From positions 32,001-96,000 of the IMG/VR virus record IMGVR_UViG_3300017991_000062: 64,000 nucleotides of DNA, one strand, 5' to 3'. Position 1 is the stretch's first letter. The number at the start of each line of letters is the position of its first letter. Positions 38,664 through 47,795 of the stretch are shown here, piece after piece. The position numbers and the translations under genes were made by a program. Under the pieces are notes generated by a model. It searched no databases. It was not told where the DNA came from and was given only the letters and a program-made list of their open reading frames with translations. Source of the stretch: a virus.

Positions 38664-39248
38664 ATGGCACCGTCACTCGCAGAGATGAGGGACCGCTTCA
38701 GCAAGGGCGCTGCCGAGCAGCGTGCGCAGGAGGAGGCCGAGCGCAGGGCACGCGAGGCGGCCGAGGCCAAGCGGAAGCGCGAGGAGCAGGAGAAGAAGGA
38801 CCGCGAGCGCAAGGCCGCGGCCGAGGCCGAGGCGAAGCGGCAGCGGGCCAAGCGCGCGGCCGAGGAAGCCCGGCGGGCCAAGCTCCACGAGGACATGATG
38901 AAGGAGGCCGCCAGGCCCGGGAGAGGCCGAGCCGACCTGCGTGACGACGAGTATGAGGTCGAGTTCGACCACCTGGAGTATCGCCGCCGCGGCTCGCGGA
39001 AGTTCTGGATGGGCGCGGTCATCAACGACGGCGCCCGGGGCATCTACGGCTTTGTTCGTCGGTGGGGCCGTATCGGCACCACCGGTCAGGGCAAGTGGGT
39101 TGACTTCGTGACGGCCGGCCATGCCATCGAGAACGCCGGGAAGGTGATGGACGAGAAGCTCGGCAAGGGCTACAGCCGGGTCGGGACGGTGCGCTGCGCG
39201 GTGCGGCTGGACCCGAGCGGTGCGATTTCATGGCGCCCGCTGCGGTAG
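38664..39248 (+). CDS. WGR-domain protein with N-terminal charged coiled coil
   Basis: GSRKFW...RRWGRIGTTGQ...EKLGKGY; alternative ATG at 38658. Confidence 0.8.
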   Translation: MAPSLAEMRDRFSKGAAEQRAQEEAERRAREAAEAKRKREEQEKKDRERKAAAEAEAKRQRAKRAAEEARRAKLHEDMMKEAARPGRGRADLRDDEYEVEFDHLEYRRRGSRKFWMGAVINDGARGIYGFVRRWGRIGTTGQGKWVDFVTAGHAIENAGKVMDEKLGKGYSRVGTVRCAVRLDPSGAISWRPLR

Positions 39249-39257
39249 GAGGGGAGA

Positions 39258-39440
39258 ATGAACGACCTGGAGCAGTTCAAGGCCATGCTCGACGACTGGG
39301 GTGTCGACTATGCCAGCGCGGTTAGCTCGGGCGGGGAGGTCGCCCTCCACGTCTACGTCGGTGTCGAGCCCGACGAGCAGGTGCAGCAGTACGAGTTCAA
39401 GGACGGTCGGCTGACCATGTTTGCCGGCCGAAAGGTCTGA
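39258..39440 (+). CDS. Hypothetical protein
   Basis: GGAGG RBS, 60 aa, in-operon. Confidence 0.65.
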   Translation: MNDLEQFKAMLDDWGVDYASAVSSGGEVALHVYVGVEPDEQVQQYEFKDGRLTMFAGRKV

Positions 39441-39453
39441 CAGGAGGAGCCCG

Positions 39454-39783
39454 ATGCGATATACGAAGTGCTCGAACTGCGGACACGCAGTCGCCATCCC
39501 CCACGTTCGGCCCAAGGTGCCGTCGCGGCGGATCGAGGGCGTGCCTGGGCTGTGGCGGCCGACGGCCTACGGCGGCGTCCACCGCGGCGACGAGGTGCTC
39601 ATCATGCTCAACACCATCACCGGCAAGCGGGCGGCCCGCTACCACCGGGGCTTCGTGGTGAGGAAGTACCAGGGCCTTGCGATGCGGGTGGTCGGCACCC
39701 GGCGCGGCGGTCAGATGTTCGTTGACAAGGCTACGGTGAGCAACGCTGCGGCCATCTTCGTGCGAGTGAGGGACGAGGGATGA
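39454..39783 (+). CDS. Hypothetical protein (N-terminal CxxC)
   Basis: AGGAGG RBS; MRYTKCSNCGH; ATGA overlap with sigma gene. Confidence 0.6.
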   Translation: MRYTKCSNCGHAVAIPHVRPKVPSRRIEGVPGLWRPTAYGGVHRGDEVLIMLNTITGKRAARYHRGFVVRKYQGLAMRVVGTRRGGQMFVDKATVSNAAAIFVRVRDEG

Positions 39784-40454
39784 AGCAGGTTCGACGGGTG
39801 CGCCCCGAGCTGGCGCCGACCGAAGCGAATGTGATGCGCTTCGTGAACATGATGGCTGACCGCGCTCGCAAGCTGGCCGCGGCCCAGGGTATCGGGCTCG
39901 ACGACGCGCGGCAGGAGATCGCGCTCATGGTCATGGAGGCCCTGGACACCTACGAGCCCAGGAAGGGGCCGCTGAAGTACTGGGTCAAGCTCGTCGTGAG
40001 CTGCGAGGTGAGCACCAGAACCACGCGCGAGGGCTGCGCCAAGTCGCGGCCCTGGAACTGGTCGTATGACCAGGTGGAGGGGTGGCAGCGCGAGCGGAGC
40101 CGGGTGGTGTCCGACCTGGGCGTGCTGGATGACCTGCCCGAGCCCGAGGGCGACAGCCCGGCGACCCCCGAGGAGGAGTTGCTCCAGCGTGAGCGCCGCG
40201 AACGCTTCGCGTCGGCTATCATGGCGGCCGAGGCTGCCCTGGTGGAGCAGACCCCGGAGGCCTCCCGCGGCCTGGCGGCGAGAATCTTCCGAGCCCGCGT
40301 GAGCGAGGCCATGAGCAGCGGGAATCAGAAGTACGACGGCCTGACCGAGCACTTGCAAAAGAACCTCGGCGTGAGTCGCTATGTCGAGCGCCGGCATTGG
40401 CACATCGGCCGCCGACTGCTCGAACGCGAGCTGAAGGATCGGGGTGAGCGGTAG
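39780..40454 (+). CDS. Phage-encoded sigma-70-family (ECF-size) sigma factor
   Basis: Region 2-like DDARQEIALMVMEALDTYEPRKGPLKYWV; TPEEELLQRE linker; C-terminal HTH-like region. Confidence 0.72.
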   Translation: MKQVRRVRPELAPTEANVMRFVNMMADRARKLAAAQGIGLDDARQEIALMVMEALDTYEPRKGPLKYWVKLVVSCEVSTRTTREGCAKSRPWNWSYDQVEGWQRERSRVVSDLGVLDDLPEPEGDSPATPEEELLQRERRERFASAIMAAEAALVEQTPEASRGLAARIFRARVSEAMSSGNQKYDGLTEHLQKNLGVSRYVERRHWHIGRRLLERELKDRGER

Positions 40455-40460
40455 TTACTC

Positions 40461-40489
40461 GCCCGCTCGGTAGCGCGACCCAGAACTGT
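40461..40489 (+). promoter_or_regulatory. Putative phage-sigma promoter, copy 2
   Basis: GCCCG-N17-GAACTGT, intergenic, directly after sigma gene. Confidence 0.65.
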
Positions 40490-40538
40490 ATGAGGACGAC
40501 AAGGTGCACGGAGCACCACAAGACGAGGAGGTTCTGCG

Positions 40539-41690
40539 ATGGCGAAGAAGGACCCGAAGGACAAAGTCGCGGAGATCGAGGCGCCGAACTGCCTCGGGTT
40601 CCATGACGAGGACCCCACCTGCGACGGCGACCCGGAGGCGGCCGACGCCGAGATGCGCAAGGGGTGCCCGACGCGGGATACGTGCATCCGGCTCCAGCAG
40701 TACGCGGCCGGCACCGACGAGGATGCCGATGCGCTGCTCAAGGATGCCGGGCTCACCGGGGCGAAGGTGGGCAAGGTGGACGAGTGGCTGGAGGCCCAGG
40801 CCGAGGCCGAGGAGGAGCCCGAGGCCGAGGAGGAGCCCGAGGCCGAGGAGGAGCCCGAGGCCGAGGAGGAGCCCGAGGCCGAGCCCGAGGAGGAGCCCGA
40901 GGAGCCCGAGGCCGAGGAGGAGCCCGAGGAGCCCGAGGCCGAGGAGGAGCCCCCCAAGCCGAAGGCCAAGCCCAAGTCGAAGTCCAAGTCGAAGTCCAAG
41001 AAGAAGAGCGCCTCGAAGAAGGCGGCCAAGCCCGAGGCCAAGCCCAAGGGCAAGGGCAAGCCCAAGGGCAACGGCGGTGCCCAGGTGCCCGAGGGCGCGC
41101 CCGAGTGCTACGCCGACGAGGAGGTGCTCGATCCCAAGAGCGACCAGTGCAAGGCGTGCCCCGTGGCGAAGAAGTGCCGGACCCGGGTGTACAACGTCCG
41201 CGCCGACCGCAAGCGCAAGGAGGCGGCCGGCGACGAGTCCGAGCCGGCCAAGGCCAAGCCCAAGCCGAAGGCCAAGCCCAAGCCGAAGGCCGAGTCCAAG
41301 CCCGAGCCGAAGCCGGCACCCGCGGCCAAGCCCAAGGCGAAGCCCGCGGCCGAGCAGAAGCCGGCACCGACCAAGCCCAAGCCCAAGGCGCGCAAGGTGA
41401 AGGACCCCATCACCGCCATCGCCAAGAGCAAGGGCTGGCCGCTCACCGTCTACTCCGACCACTACGAGGTCAGCCGGGTCGTCGGCTCCCAGGTGCGCCC
41501 GTTCATGCGGGTGTTCACCACCGAGCCCCTCATCCGGGTCAGCGGTCTGCGCGCGAGCCCCGACGTCCTGGCCGGCCTGGGCGCCGAGGAGAGCGTGGCC
41601 CAGGGCTTCGACCACGACCTGTCGCTCACCAGCAAGACGGCGATGGCTCGGTTCCTCAAGGCGCTCGACGCCGAGCCGAACATCATCTAG
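40539..41690 (+). CDS. Low-complexity protein with acidic block, Lys/Pro blocks and two 4-Cys modules
   Basis: GAGGAGG RBS; (EAEEEP)n, KPKAKPK repeats; PNCLG...C...CPTRDTC and PECYA...CKACPVAKKC. Confidence 0.8.
   Translation: MAKKDPKDKVAEIEAPNCLGFHDEDPTCDGDPEAADAEMRKGCPTRDTCIRLQQYAAGTDEDADALLKDAGLTGAKVGKVDEWLEAQAEAEEEPEAEEEPEAEEEPEAEEEPEAEPEEEPEEPEAEEEPEEPEAEEEPPKPKAKPKSKSKSKSKKKSASKKAAKPEAKPKGKGKPKGNGGAQVPEGAPECYADEEVLDPKSDQCKACPVAKKCRTRVYNVRADRKRKEAAGDESEPAKAKPKPKAKPKPKAESKPEPKPAPAAKPKAKPAAEQKPAPTKPKPKARKVKDPITAIAKSKGWPLTVYSDHYEVSRVVGSQVRPFMRVFTTEPLIRVSGLRASPDVLAGLGAEESVAQGFDHDLSLTSKTAMARFLKALDAEPNII
40803..40952 (+). repeat. 18-bp coding tandem repeat GAGGCCGAGGAGGAGCCC (EAEEEP)
   Basis: Four perfect copies 40803-40874 then degenerate copies. 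Confidence 0.85.
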
Positions 41691-41697
41691 CGACCCC

Positions 41698-42249
41698 GTG
41701 AAGCTCACCGACCTCCGCAAGCGCTACAGCAAGGGCAAGCGCCCGAAGCGCACCCCGGCAGGCTCCAAGCCGAGAGCGACGGGCCTGCCGGGGCAGAAGG
41801 CGTGCCGGAACTGCGACGGGACCGGGAAGGTGCTGGTGGACGGTGGCCCGAGCGGGAGGCCACCGAGGGAAGTCACCTGCTCGCGTTGCGACGGCACCGG
41901 CATCGCGGTCGACCCCGACACGAAGGGTCCGCGCAAGCGGCACGTCGCTATCGAGGAAGAACACCCCGGCCTCGCAGGTGGTGAGCGCGATGGCACCACA
42001 AAGAAAAAGCTCGACCTGAAGAAGATAGCGGAACGCCGGGCCAAGGTGGGGCGTGCGAAGTACACCTTGGTCACCGACGTCGCTGGCCGCGAGGATGCGA
42101 TCCTGCTCTTCGGTAAGCACAAGGGCAGCAAGGTGTCAGCGCTCGCTGCTAGTAGAGAGACGCGGGGATACCTGATGTGGATGCTCGACGAGGGCTTTGA
42201 CGATGAGCTGAAGCGGGCGGTGCTCGTTCAGCTCGGGATGGATTCGTGA
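41698..42249 (+). CDS. DnaJ-type zinc finger + C-terminal FGKHKG (ExoX-C/DUF3820-like) domain protein
   Basis: CRNCDGTG, CSRCDGTG; LLFGKHKGSKV...GYLMWML. Confidence 0.7.
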   Translation: MKLTDLRKRYSKGKRPKRTPAGSKPRATGLPGQKACRNCDGTGKVLVDGGPSGRPPREVTCSRCDGTGIAVDPDTKGPRKRHVAIEEEHPGLAGGERDGTTKKKLDLKKIAERRAKVGRAKYTLVTDVAGREDAILLFGKHKGSKVSALAASRETRGYLMWMLDEGFDDELKRAVLVQLGMDS

Positions 42250-45200
42250 TGGCGCGCGACCCCTGGGCCAACCTCCACGTCCACAGCATGTTCAGCCTCC
42301 TGGACGGTGTGGGCTCATATGCCGACTACGCGAAGCGACTCAAGGCCGACCTGGAACGGCGTGACGACGACTCGCCAGGCGCGCTCGCAGCGACCGAGCA
42401 CGGTAGCATGAGGGGCATCGTCCAGCTCCAGAAGGCGGCCGACGAGCACGAGCTGAAGCCGGTGTTTGGTGTCGAGCTGTACGTGTCGGCTGACCACCGG
42501 GTCAAGGCCCTCTCCGAGGAGGACAAGGCCCTGGTGAAGGAGCAGCCGGCAAAGGAGCGGCGCTCGTTCCAGGTGGCCCTGGAAACCTACCGCGGCATCC
42601 GGCCGCGCTGGCACCTGACCGCCTGGGCGCTGAACAACGTCGGCCTGCGCAACCTCATCAGGCTGTCGAGCGCGGCCTGGGTCGACGGGTTCTACTACAA
42701 GCCACGGGTCGACTTGAAGTTGCTGGAGCAGTACTCGGAAGGCGTGGCCGTGGGCACCGCCTGCCTCGGCGGCATCCTCGCAGAGCCGCTGCTCAAGGAC
42801 GAGCCCGCGCTGGCCGTCGAACACGCCCACTGGCTCCGCGACGTGTTCGGTGACCGCGCCTATGTTGAGCTGATGCCGAATGGCCTCGCGGATCAGAAGC
42901 GGGTGAACCGCGGGCTTCTGAAGCTGGCGCGCTCGGTGGGGCTCACGCCCATCGCCACGGTCGACACCCACTATACGAAGCCGAAGGACTGGAGGCTTCA
43001 AGACACGCTGCTCGCGGTGCAGACCAACGACCGCATGAGCAATCCCCACCGCTGGACCATCCCGGCCCGCGACTTCTGGTACATGACCGCGGCCGAGGTG
43101 CGCAAGCTGTTCCGGCGGAACCACCCGTCGCTGAAGCACAGCACCATCGACAGCCTCATCCGCAACGCTGCCGAGCTGGCCGGCCGGTGCGAGGCGCGTC
43201 TGGAGTTCGACCGCTTCGCTGCCCTCCTGCCGAGCCCCACCGGACGGGACACCACTCCCGAGGAGGACTTCAACGAGCTGAAGAAGCTGTGCGTCGAGGG
43301 CTGGCACTGGCGCGACATCCACACCCGAGCGGCCTGGGTCGCCGGCCGCGACGGACGCAAGACCGAGCGAGTGGTGACGCAGTATCGCGAGCGGCTGAAG
43401 CGCGAGCTGCGGGTGTTCCGCGACATGAAGTTCTCCCGCTATGCCTTGGTCGTTCGCGACCAAGTGGACTGGGCCAGAGGCGAGGGCATCCTGGTCGGCC
43501 CAGGCCGCGGCAGTGCAGGCGGCAGCCTGGTCGTCTACCTGCTCGGTATCACCAGCATCGATCCCATCGAGCACGACCTGCTCTTCGAGCGTTTCATCGC
43601 GCCTGGCAGAATCGATCTCCCAGACATCGACATCGACTTCGAGAAGGAACGCCGGCAGGAGGTCATCGCGTACATGGTCGAGAAGTACGGCCGCGAGCAG
43701 ACCGCACAGCTCACCACCTACAGCTCGATGAAGGGACGCGGCTGCTTCCGCGACGTGGCGCGGGTGCACGAGGTGCCACCGCGCGAGCTGAACGCGACGG
43801 CCAGTGCCATCCTCCAACGGCTGCCCGGCCACGAGCGCGAGGACAAGTGCATCGCTGACTCGCTGGCCACCTCGCCCCAGTGCAAGGCGTTCGCGAAGAA
43901 GCGGCCTGTCGTGTTCAGCGTGGCCGAGCGCCTGGAGGGCACCATCCGGCAGGTCGGGCTCCACGCGGGCGGTGTCGTGGTGGCGCCGATGCCCCTGGAC
44001 GAGGTGGTGCCCCTGGAGAGCCGTGCTGACAAGGACGGCGGTGGACGGGTGCCGGTCATCGCGCTCGACTACCGTGACGCCCAGGAGTGCGGCCTGGTGA
44101 AGTTGGACGACCTCGGACTCACGAACCTGACGGTGGTGCGCTACGCCCTGGAGGCTATCGCGGAGCACCACGACGCCGAGCTGACGCTGGCCGACCTGGA
44201 GGCGAGTCACTACGACGACCGCGACGTCCTGGACGCATTCAACGAGCCGTCCAACCTCACCGGCATCTTCCAGTTCGACTCGACCAGCATGGTCGGCATC
44301 ATGCAATTCAAGGTCGAGCGCTTCGAGGACCTGATGGTGCTCAACGCGCTGAACCGGCCCGGCCCGATGCGCAGCGGCCTGGCGAACATCTACGCGGCGA
44401 GGGCCACCGGCAAGAAGAAGCGGAAGAAGGAGCACCCTATCGTCGAGCGGATCACGGCGTCCACCCTGGGCGCCCTGGTGTACCAGGAGCAGGTCGCGCG
44501 GCTGTTCGTGGACCTCGCCGGCTACAGCGCGGGCGATGCGGACAAGATTCGGAAGAAGATCGGCAAGAGCGAGGGTGAGAAGGCCATCGCCCCCGAGGAG
44601 GCCAAGTTCATCGACGGCGCTGTGCGCAACGGCATGAGGGCCGAGGTCGCTGCGAAGCTGTTCAAGCGAGTGTTGAAGTTCGGCGGCTACGGCTTCAACC
44701 GCTCCCACGCTGCCGAGTACTCCGCGCTCGGGTATTGGGAGATGCTGCTCAAGGTGCGCTACCCCGGCCCGTTCTACCTGGGCGTCTTGCAGGCGGCCAA
44801 GGATGACGCCGACAGAGCCCGCTACATCGAGGCGGCCCACCGCGACGGGGTGGAGGTGCTGACGCCCGACGTGAATGAGAGCCGGCGCGCCTACGCCCTG
44901 TCGGTGTCAGGCTCCATCCGGCCACCGTTGGAGGGCATCAAGGGTGTCGGTCCGAAGGCGAGCCTCGCTCTGCTGGAGGGGCAGCCCTACACGTCCTTCA
45001 CCGACCTGGTGAGCCGTACCGACTCCCGGCAGGTGCACCGCGGCATCGTGACCGCCCTCGCCGAGGCTGGCGCTCTGGACACCATCATCCCGAACCGGCG
45101 CTTCGCGGTGGAGAACGCCGAGGAGTTGATGAAGCGGGCTCGCAAGGGCGATGCTGCCGTGGACTTGGACATCGAGGTGAGCAAGACGGCGACCGATTGG

Positions 45201-45965
45201 GACGAGCGCGAGCGCGCCAGGCGTTCTATCGAGTTGGGAGTGTTCGGGCCAGGAGCTAGCATCCTCGACGCCTATGCCGACCTCTGGGAGGCCATCGAGT
45301 CGGCAGGTGTGGAGCTGACCACCCTGGGCGGCATCCAGTGGAACGAGTCCCTGGGCTGGTTCAAGGTGGTGGCACGCGAGTCGAAGGTCATCACGACCGA
45401 CGACGGCCGGGTCGCCTCGCTGGTGCTCACGGATGGCACCGGCCCTGACCTGCGCGCTCGGATGGAGAGCAACGAGCTGGACCGCTACGAGAAGGCGGTG
45501 AGCCGTGCCTCCGGGAAGGCCGTGCTGGTGCGGGCCAGCTTCAACGCGAAGACGAAGCAACTGCGAGCCCTGAAGGTGTACGACGCGGCGGCGCTCCACA
45601 AGGCATGGAGAACGGACGAGTTGTCCGACGATGAGGCGCAGGTGTTCGTGAACCCGCTGGCCGCGGTGAAACCGCGGCATGACCTGCGCAAGTCGCTCGC
45701 TGGCGAGCCCTCGCTGCTCAAGTTCGTTGGCCGCGTCGAGGCGATGAAGCTGTGGAAGGATCGCAAGAAGAACACGATGGCGTTCTTCGATGTGCAGGCG
45801 TACCGCGGCAGCGTGCCGGCGGTGTGCTTCGCGTCGTCGTTCCGTCACTACCGTTCGGACCTGTATGTCGGGGCCGTGGTGCGGATCGAGTTGATACGAA
45901 CCGAGGGCGGCGGGTGGGCGCTCGACCATGAGAGCGGCTGCGAGCTGGAGAACATCGGGGAATGA
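42249..45965 (+). CDS. dnaE: DNA polymerase III alpha subunit (family C)
   Basis: LHVHSMFSLLDG PHP; GPGRGSAGGSLV; LLFERF; PDIDIDF; HAGG; GIFQF; YQEQV; FNRSHA. Confidence 0.96.
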   Translation: MARDPWANLHVHSMFSLLDGVGSYADYAKRLKADLERRDDDSPGALAATEHGSMRGIVQLQKAADEHELKPVFGVELYVSADHRVKALSEEDKALVKEQPAKERRSFQVALETYRGIRPRWHLTAWALNNVGLRNLIRLSSAAWVDGFYYKPRVDLKLLEQYSEGVAVGTACLGGILAEPLLKDEPALAVEHAHWLRDVFGDRAYVELMPNGLADQKRVNRGLLKLARSVGLTPIATVDTHYTKPKDWRLQDTLLAVQTNDRMSNPHRWTIPARDFWYMTAAEVRKLFRRNHPSLKHSTIDSLIRNAAELAGRCEARLEFDRFAALLPSPTGRDTTPEEDFNELKKLCVEGWHWRDIHTRAAWVAGRDGRKTERVVTQYRERLKRELRVFRDMKFSRYALVVRDQVDWARGEGILVGPGRGSAGGSLVVYLLGITSIDPIEHDLLFERFIAPGRIDLPDIDIDFEKERRQEVIAYMVEKYGREQTAQLTTYSSMKGRGCFRDVARVHEVPPRELNATASAILQRLPGHEREDKCIADSLATSPQCKAFAKKRPVVFSVAERLEGTIRQVGLHAGGVVVAPMPLDEVVPLESRADKDGGGRVPVIALDYRDAQECGLVKLDDLGLTNLTVVRYALEAIAEHHDAELTLADLEASHYDDRDVLDAFNEPSNLTGIFQFDSTSMVGIMQFKVERFEDLMVLNALNRPGPMRSGLANIYAARATGKKKRKKEHPIVERITASTLGALVYQEQVARLFVDLAGYSAGDADKIRKKIGKSEGEKAIAPEEAKFIDGAVRNGMRAEVAAKLFKRVLKFGGYGFNRSHAAEYSALGYWEMLLKVRYPGPFYLGVLQAAKDDADRARYIEAAHRDGVEVLTPDVNESRRAYALSVSGSIRPPLEGIKGVGPKASLALLEGQPYTSFTDLVSRTDSRQVHRGIVTALAEAGALDTIIPNRRFAVENAEELMKRARKGDAAVDLDIEVSKTATDWDERERARRSIELGVFGPGASILDAYADLWEAIESAGVELTTLGGIQWNESLGWFKVVARESKVITTDDGRVASLVLTDGTGPDLRARMESNELDRYEKAVSRASGKAVLVRASFNAKTKQLRALKVYDAAALHKAWRTDELSDDEAQVFVNPLAAVKPRHDLRKSLAGEPSLLKFVGRVEAMKLWKDRKKNTMAFFDVQAYRGSVPAVCFASSFRHYRSDLYVGAVVRIELIRTEGGGWALDHESGCELENIGE

Positions 45966-45970
45966 CCTCG

Positions 45971-45999
45971 GCCCACTTGCTGCGGCGATTGGGAACTGT
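45971..45999 (+). promoter_or_regulatory. Putative phage-sigma promoter, copy 3
   Basis: GCCCA-N17-GAACTGT, intergenic, upstream of UvsY-like/SSB/RecA operon. Confidence 0.65.
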
Positions 46000-46026
46000 G
46001 GTGAGGCAACAGAAAGGGGGTCCGTA

Positions 46027-46521
46027 GTGGACCAGGTAATCGTGAACATCCGTGGCGAAGAGGTGGACGTCAGCGGGGAGCTGCGCATCGGCGGCGACCT
46101 CGGCAAGGAGATGAGCCGGCTGCCCGGTCAGGTCGCCTACTACGGCGGCGCGCTCGCCGAGGCCCAGGCGCTCGAAGCCCAGGTCACCGCCCAGTACCGG
46201 GCCTGGCGAGCGAAGCAGATCGAGGCCGTGCTGGAGAGCGAGCCCAAGCTGGCCGAGTGGAAGGTCAAGGCCAAGCTGGAGGCGCTGCCCCAGTTCATGC
46301 AGCACAAGGAGGCCATCGCCAGGACGGAGAAGGTCGTCCGCGACCTGTGGGCCGTCTACGAGGCGTTCCTGCGCAAGGCCGACATGCTGCGCAGCAAGGG
46401 CGCCCGGCAGCGTGCCGAGCTGGAGGCCAGCGGCGGCATCAGCACCAGCCTCGACCCCGACGAGAAGGCAACCCGGGCCGGCAAGGTGGTCAAGCGCCAC
46501 CGCGCCCGCCCGAAGAAGTAG
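46027..46521 (+). CDS. UvsY-like recombination mediator
   Basis: All-helical; LRI..DL..EM..LP...AYY...AF..K..ML.S.GA..R.E; adjacent to SSB and RecA. Confidence 0.65.
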   Translation: MDQVIVNIRGEEVDVSGELRIGGDLGKEMSRLPGQVAYYGGALAEAQALEAQVTAQYRAWRAKQIEAVLESEPKLAEWKVKAKLEALPQFMQHKEAIARTEKVVRDLWAVYEAFLRKADMLRSKGARQRAELEASGGISTSLDPDEKATRAGKVVKRHRARPKK

Positions 46522-46541
46522 GACCAGAAGGAGGAACCGGC

Positions 46542-47723
46542 ATGCCGAAGACGAAGAAGAAGGTGGATCTGGACCGTCTGCGCCAGTACAAGCGCGACCG
46601 GGCCACGGGGAAGTTCCTGAACATCCCCGAGGGCGACTCGCTCGTGTACCTGGCACCCCCGGCCCGCGACGACTGGGACCTGCCGTTCCTGGAGACGGCG
46701 GTTCACTACGGGCTCGGCGGGACCATCATGTGTCTCAACCCCGACAAGAACCCACTCCTCCAGGACGAGGAGTTCCTGCGCCTGTGCAAGAAGCTGAAGA
46801 TCGACGTCAGCGGCCCGTGCCCGGTGTGCCAGGTGCTCCAGGGCAAGCCGGGGCAGCCCGGCCTCTGGGACACCGACAAGGACGCGGCCCGCAAGATCAA
46901 GGTCAGCCCGCGCTTCCTGCTCGCCGCGGCCATCATGTACACCCGCAAGGACTCGACCGACGCCTGGTCGGCGCGCGAGAGCTTCGACCTCAAGCCCTTC
47001 TCCATCGGGAAGAAGGTGTGGGAGGCCATCGTCGACCAGTTCCTCGACCAGGACGCCGACCTCACCGACCCGCTGGAGGCGGTGCTGGTCATGATCCATC
47101 GCGAGGGCACCGGCATCAGCTCCCAGTACAACGTGAAGATCGACCCCAAGAGCAGCAAGAAGCCGCTCCGCATGTCCAAGGCGGCCCGCGCCGACCTGCG
47201 CGACATGCTCGCCTCGGGTGCCGAGTGCGACCCCTACACCCTGGCCCTCGACTGGGTGAAGCCGGCCGACGGGATGAGCGCGCTGCTCGACGGGCTCGAC
47301 GTGGACGAGGACGAGGAGGAGGACGAGGAGGAGCCTCCGCGTGGCCGTGGCCGCTCCACCCGCCGCACCCGCCGCGAGGAGGACGAGGACGAGGACGAGG
47401 AGGACGAGGACGAGCCCGAGGACGACGACGCGGGCGAGCGCCCCTCCTGCTTCGGCCTGGACTACGAGGCCGACGACGAGGACTGCCAGGAGTGCGGCCA
47501 CAAGGGGCCGTGCGCCAAGAAGTCGGGCGCCGAGGAGCCCGAGGACGACGAGGCCGAGGAGGAGCCCGAGGACGACGGCGAGGAGGAGGACGACGAGGAC
47601 CTCGCCGACCTGGAGGCCGCGCTGGACGAGAAGGCCGGCAAGAAGAAGGGCAAGGGCAAGCCCAAGAAGAAGGGCGCCAAGGGCAAGGGCGGCAAGGGCC
47701 GCACCCGGCGCCGGCCGTCGTAG
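46542..47723 (+). CDS. T4 gp32-like single-stranded DNA-binding protein with acidic/basic C-terminal extension
   Basis: PFLETAVHY...C...CPVC...RF...IGKKVW...DLTDP...IHREGTG..SQY; D/E tracts, 4-Cys module, Lys/Arg tail. Confidence 0.8.
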   Translation: MPKTKKKVDLDRLRQYKRDRATGKFLNIPEGDSLVYLAPPARDDWDLPFLETAVHYGLGGTIMCLNPDKNPLLQDEEFLRLCKKLKIDVSGPCPVCQVLQGKPGQPGLWDTDKDAARKIKVSPRFLLAAAIMYTRKDSTDAWSARESFDLKPFSIGKKVWEAIVDQFLDQDADLTDPLEAVLVMIHREGTGISSQYNVKIDPKSSKKPLRMSKAARADLRDMLASGAECDPYTLALDWVKPADGMSALLDGLDVDEDEEEDEEEPPRGRGRSTRRTRREEDEDEDEEDEDEPEDDDAGERPSCFGLDYEADDEDCQECGHKGPCAKKSGAEEPEDDEAEEEPEDDGEEEDDEDLADLEAALDEKAGKKKGKGKPKKKGAKGKGGKGRTRRRPS

Positions 47724-47741
47724 GCCACACCCTCCCCCACT

Positions 47742-47781
47742 GGGCGCCCCGGTCGGCCGCTGTGCCGACCGGGGCTTGCCC
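47742..47781 (+). other. Strong stem-loop between SSB and recA
   Basis: 12-bp perfect stem GCCCCGGTCGGC/GCCGACCGGGGC (47746-57/47764-75), outer GGGC/GCCC; no U-tract. Confidence 0.7.
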
Positions 47782-47795
47782 GTCAAGGAGCACGC

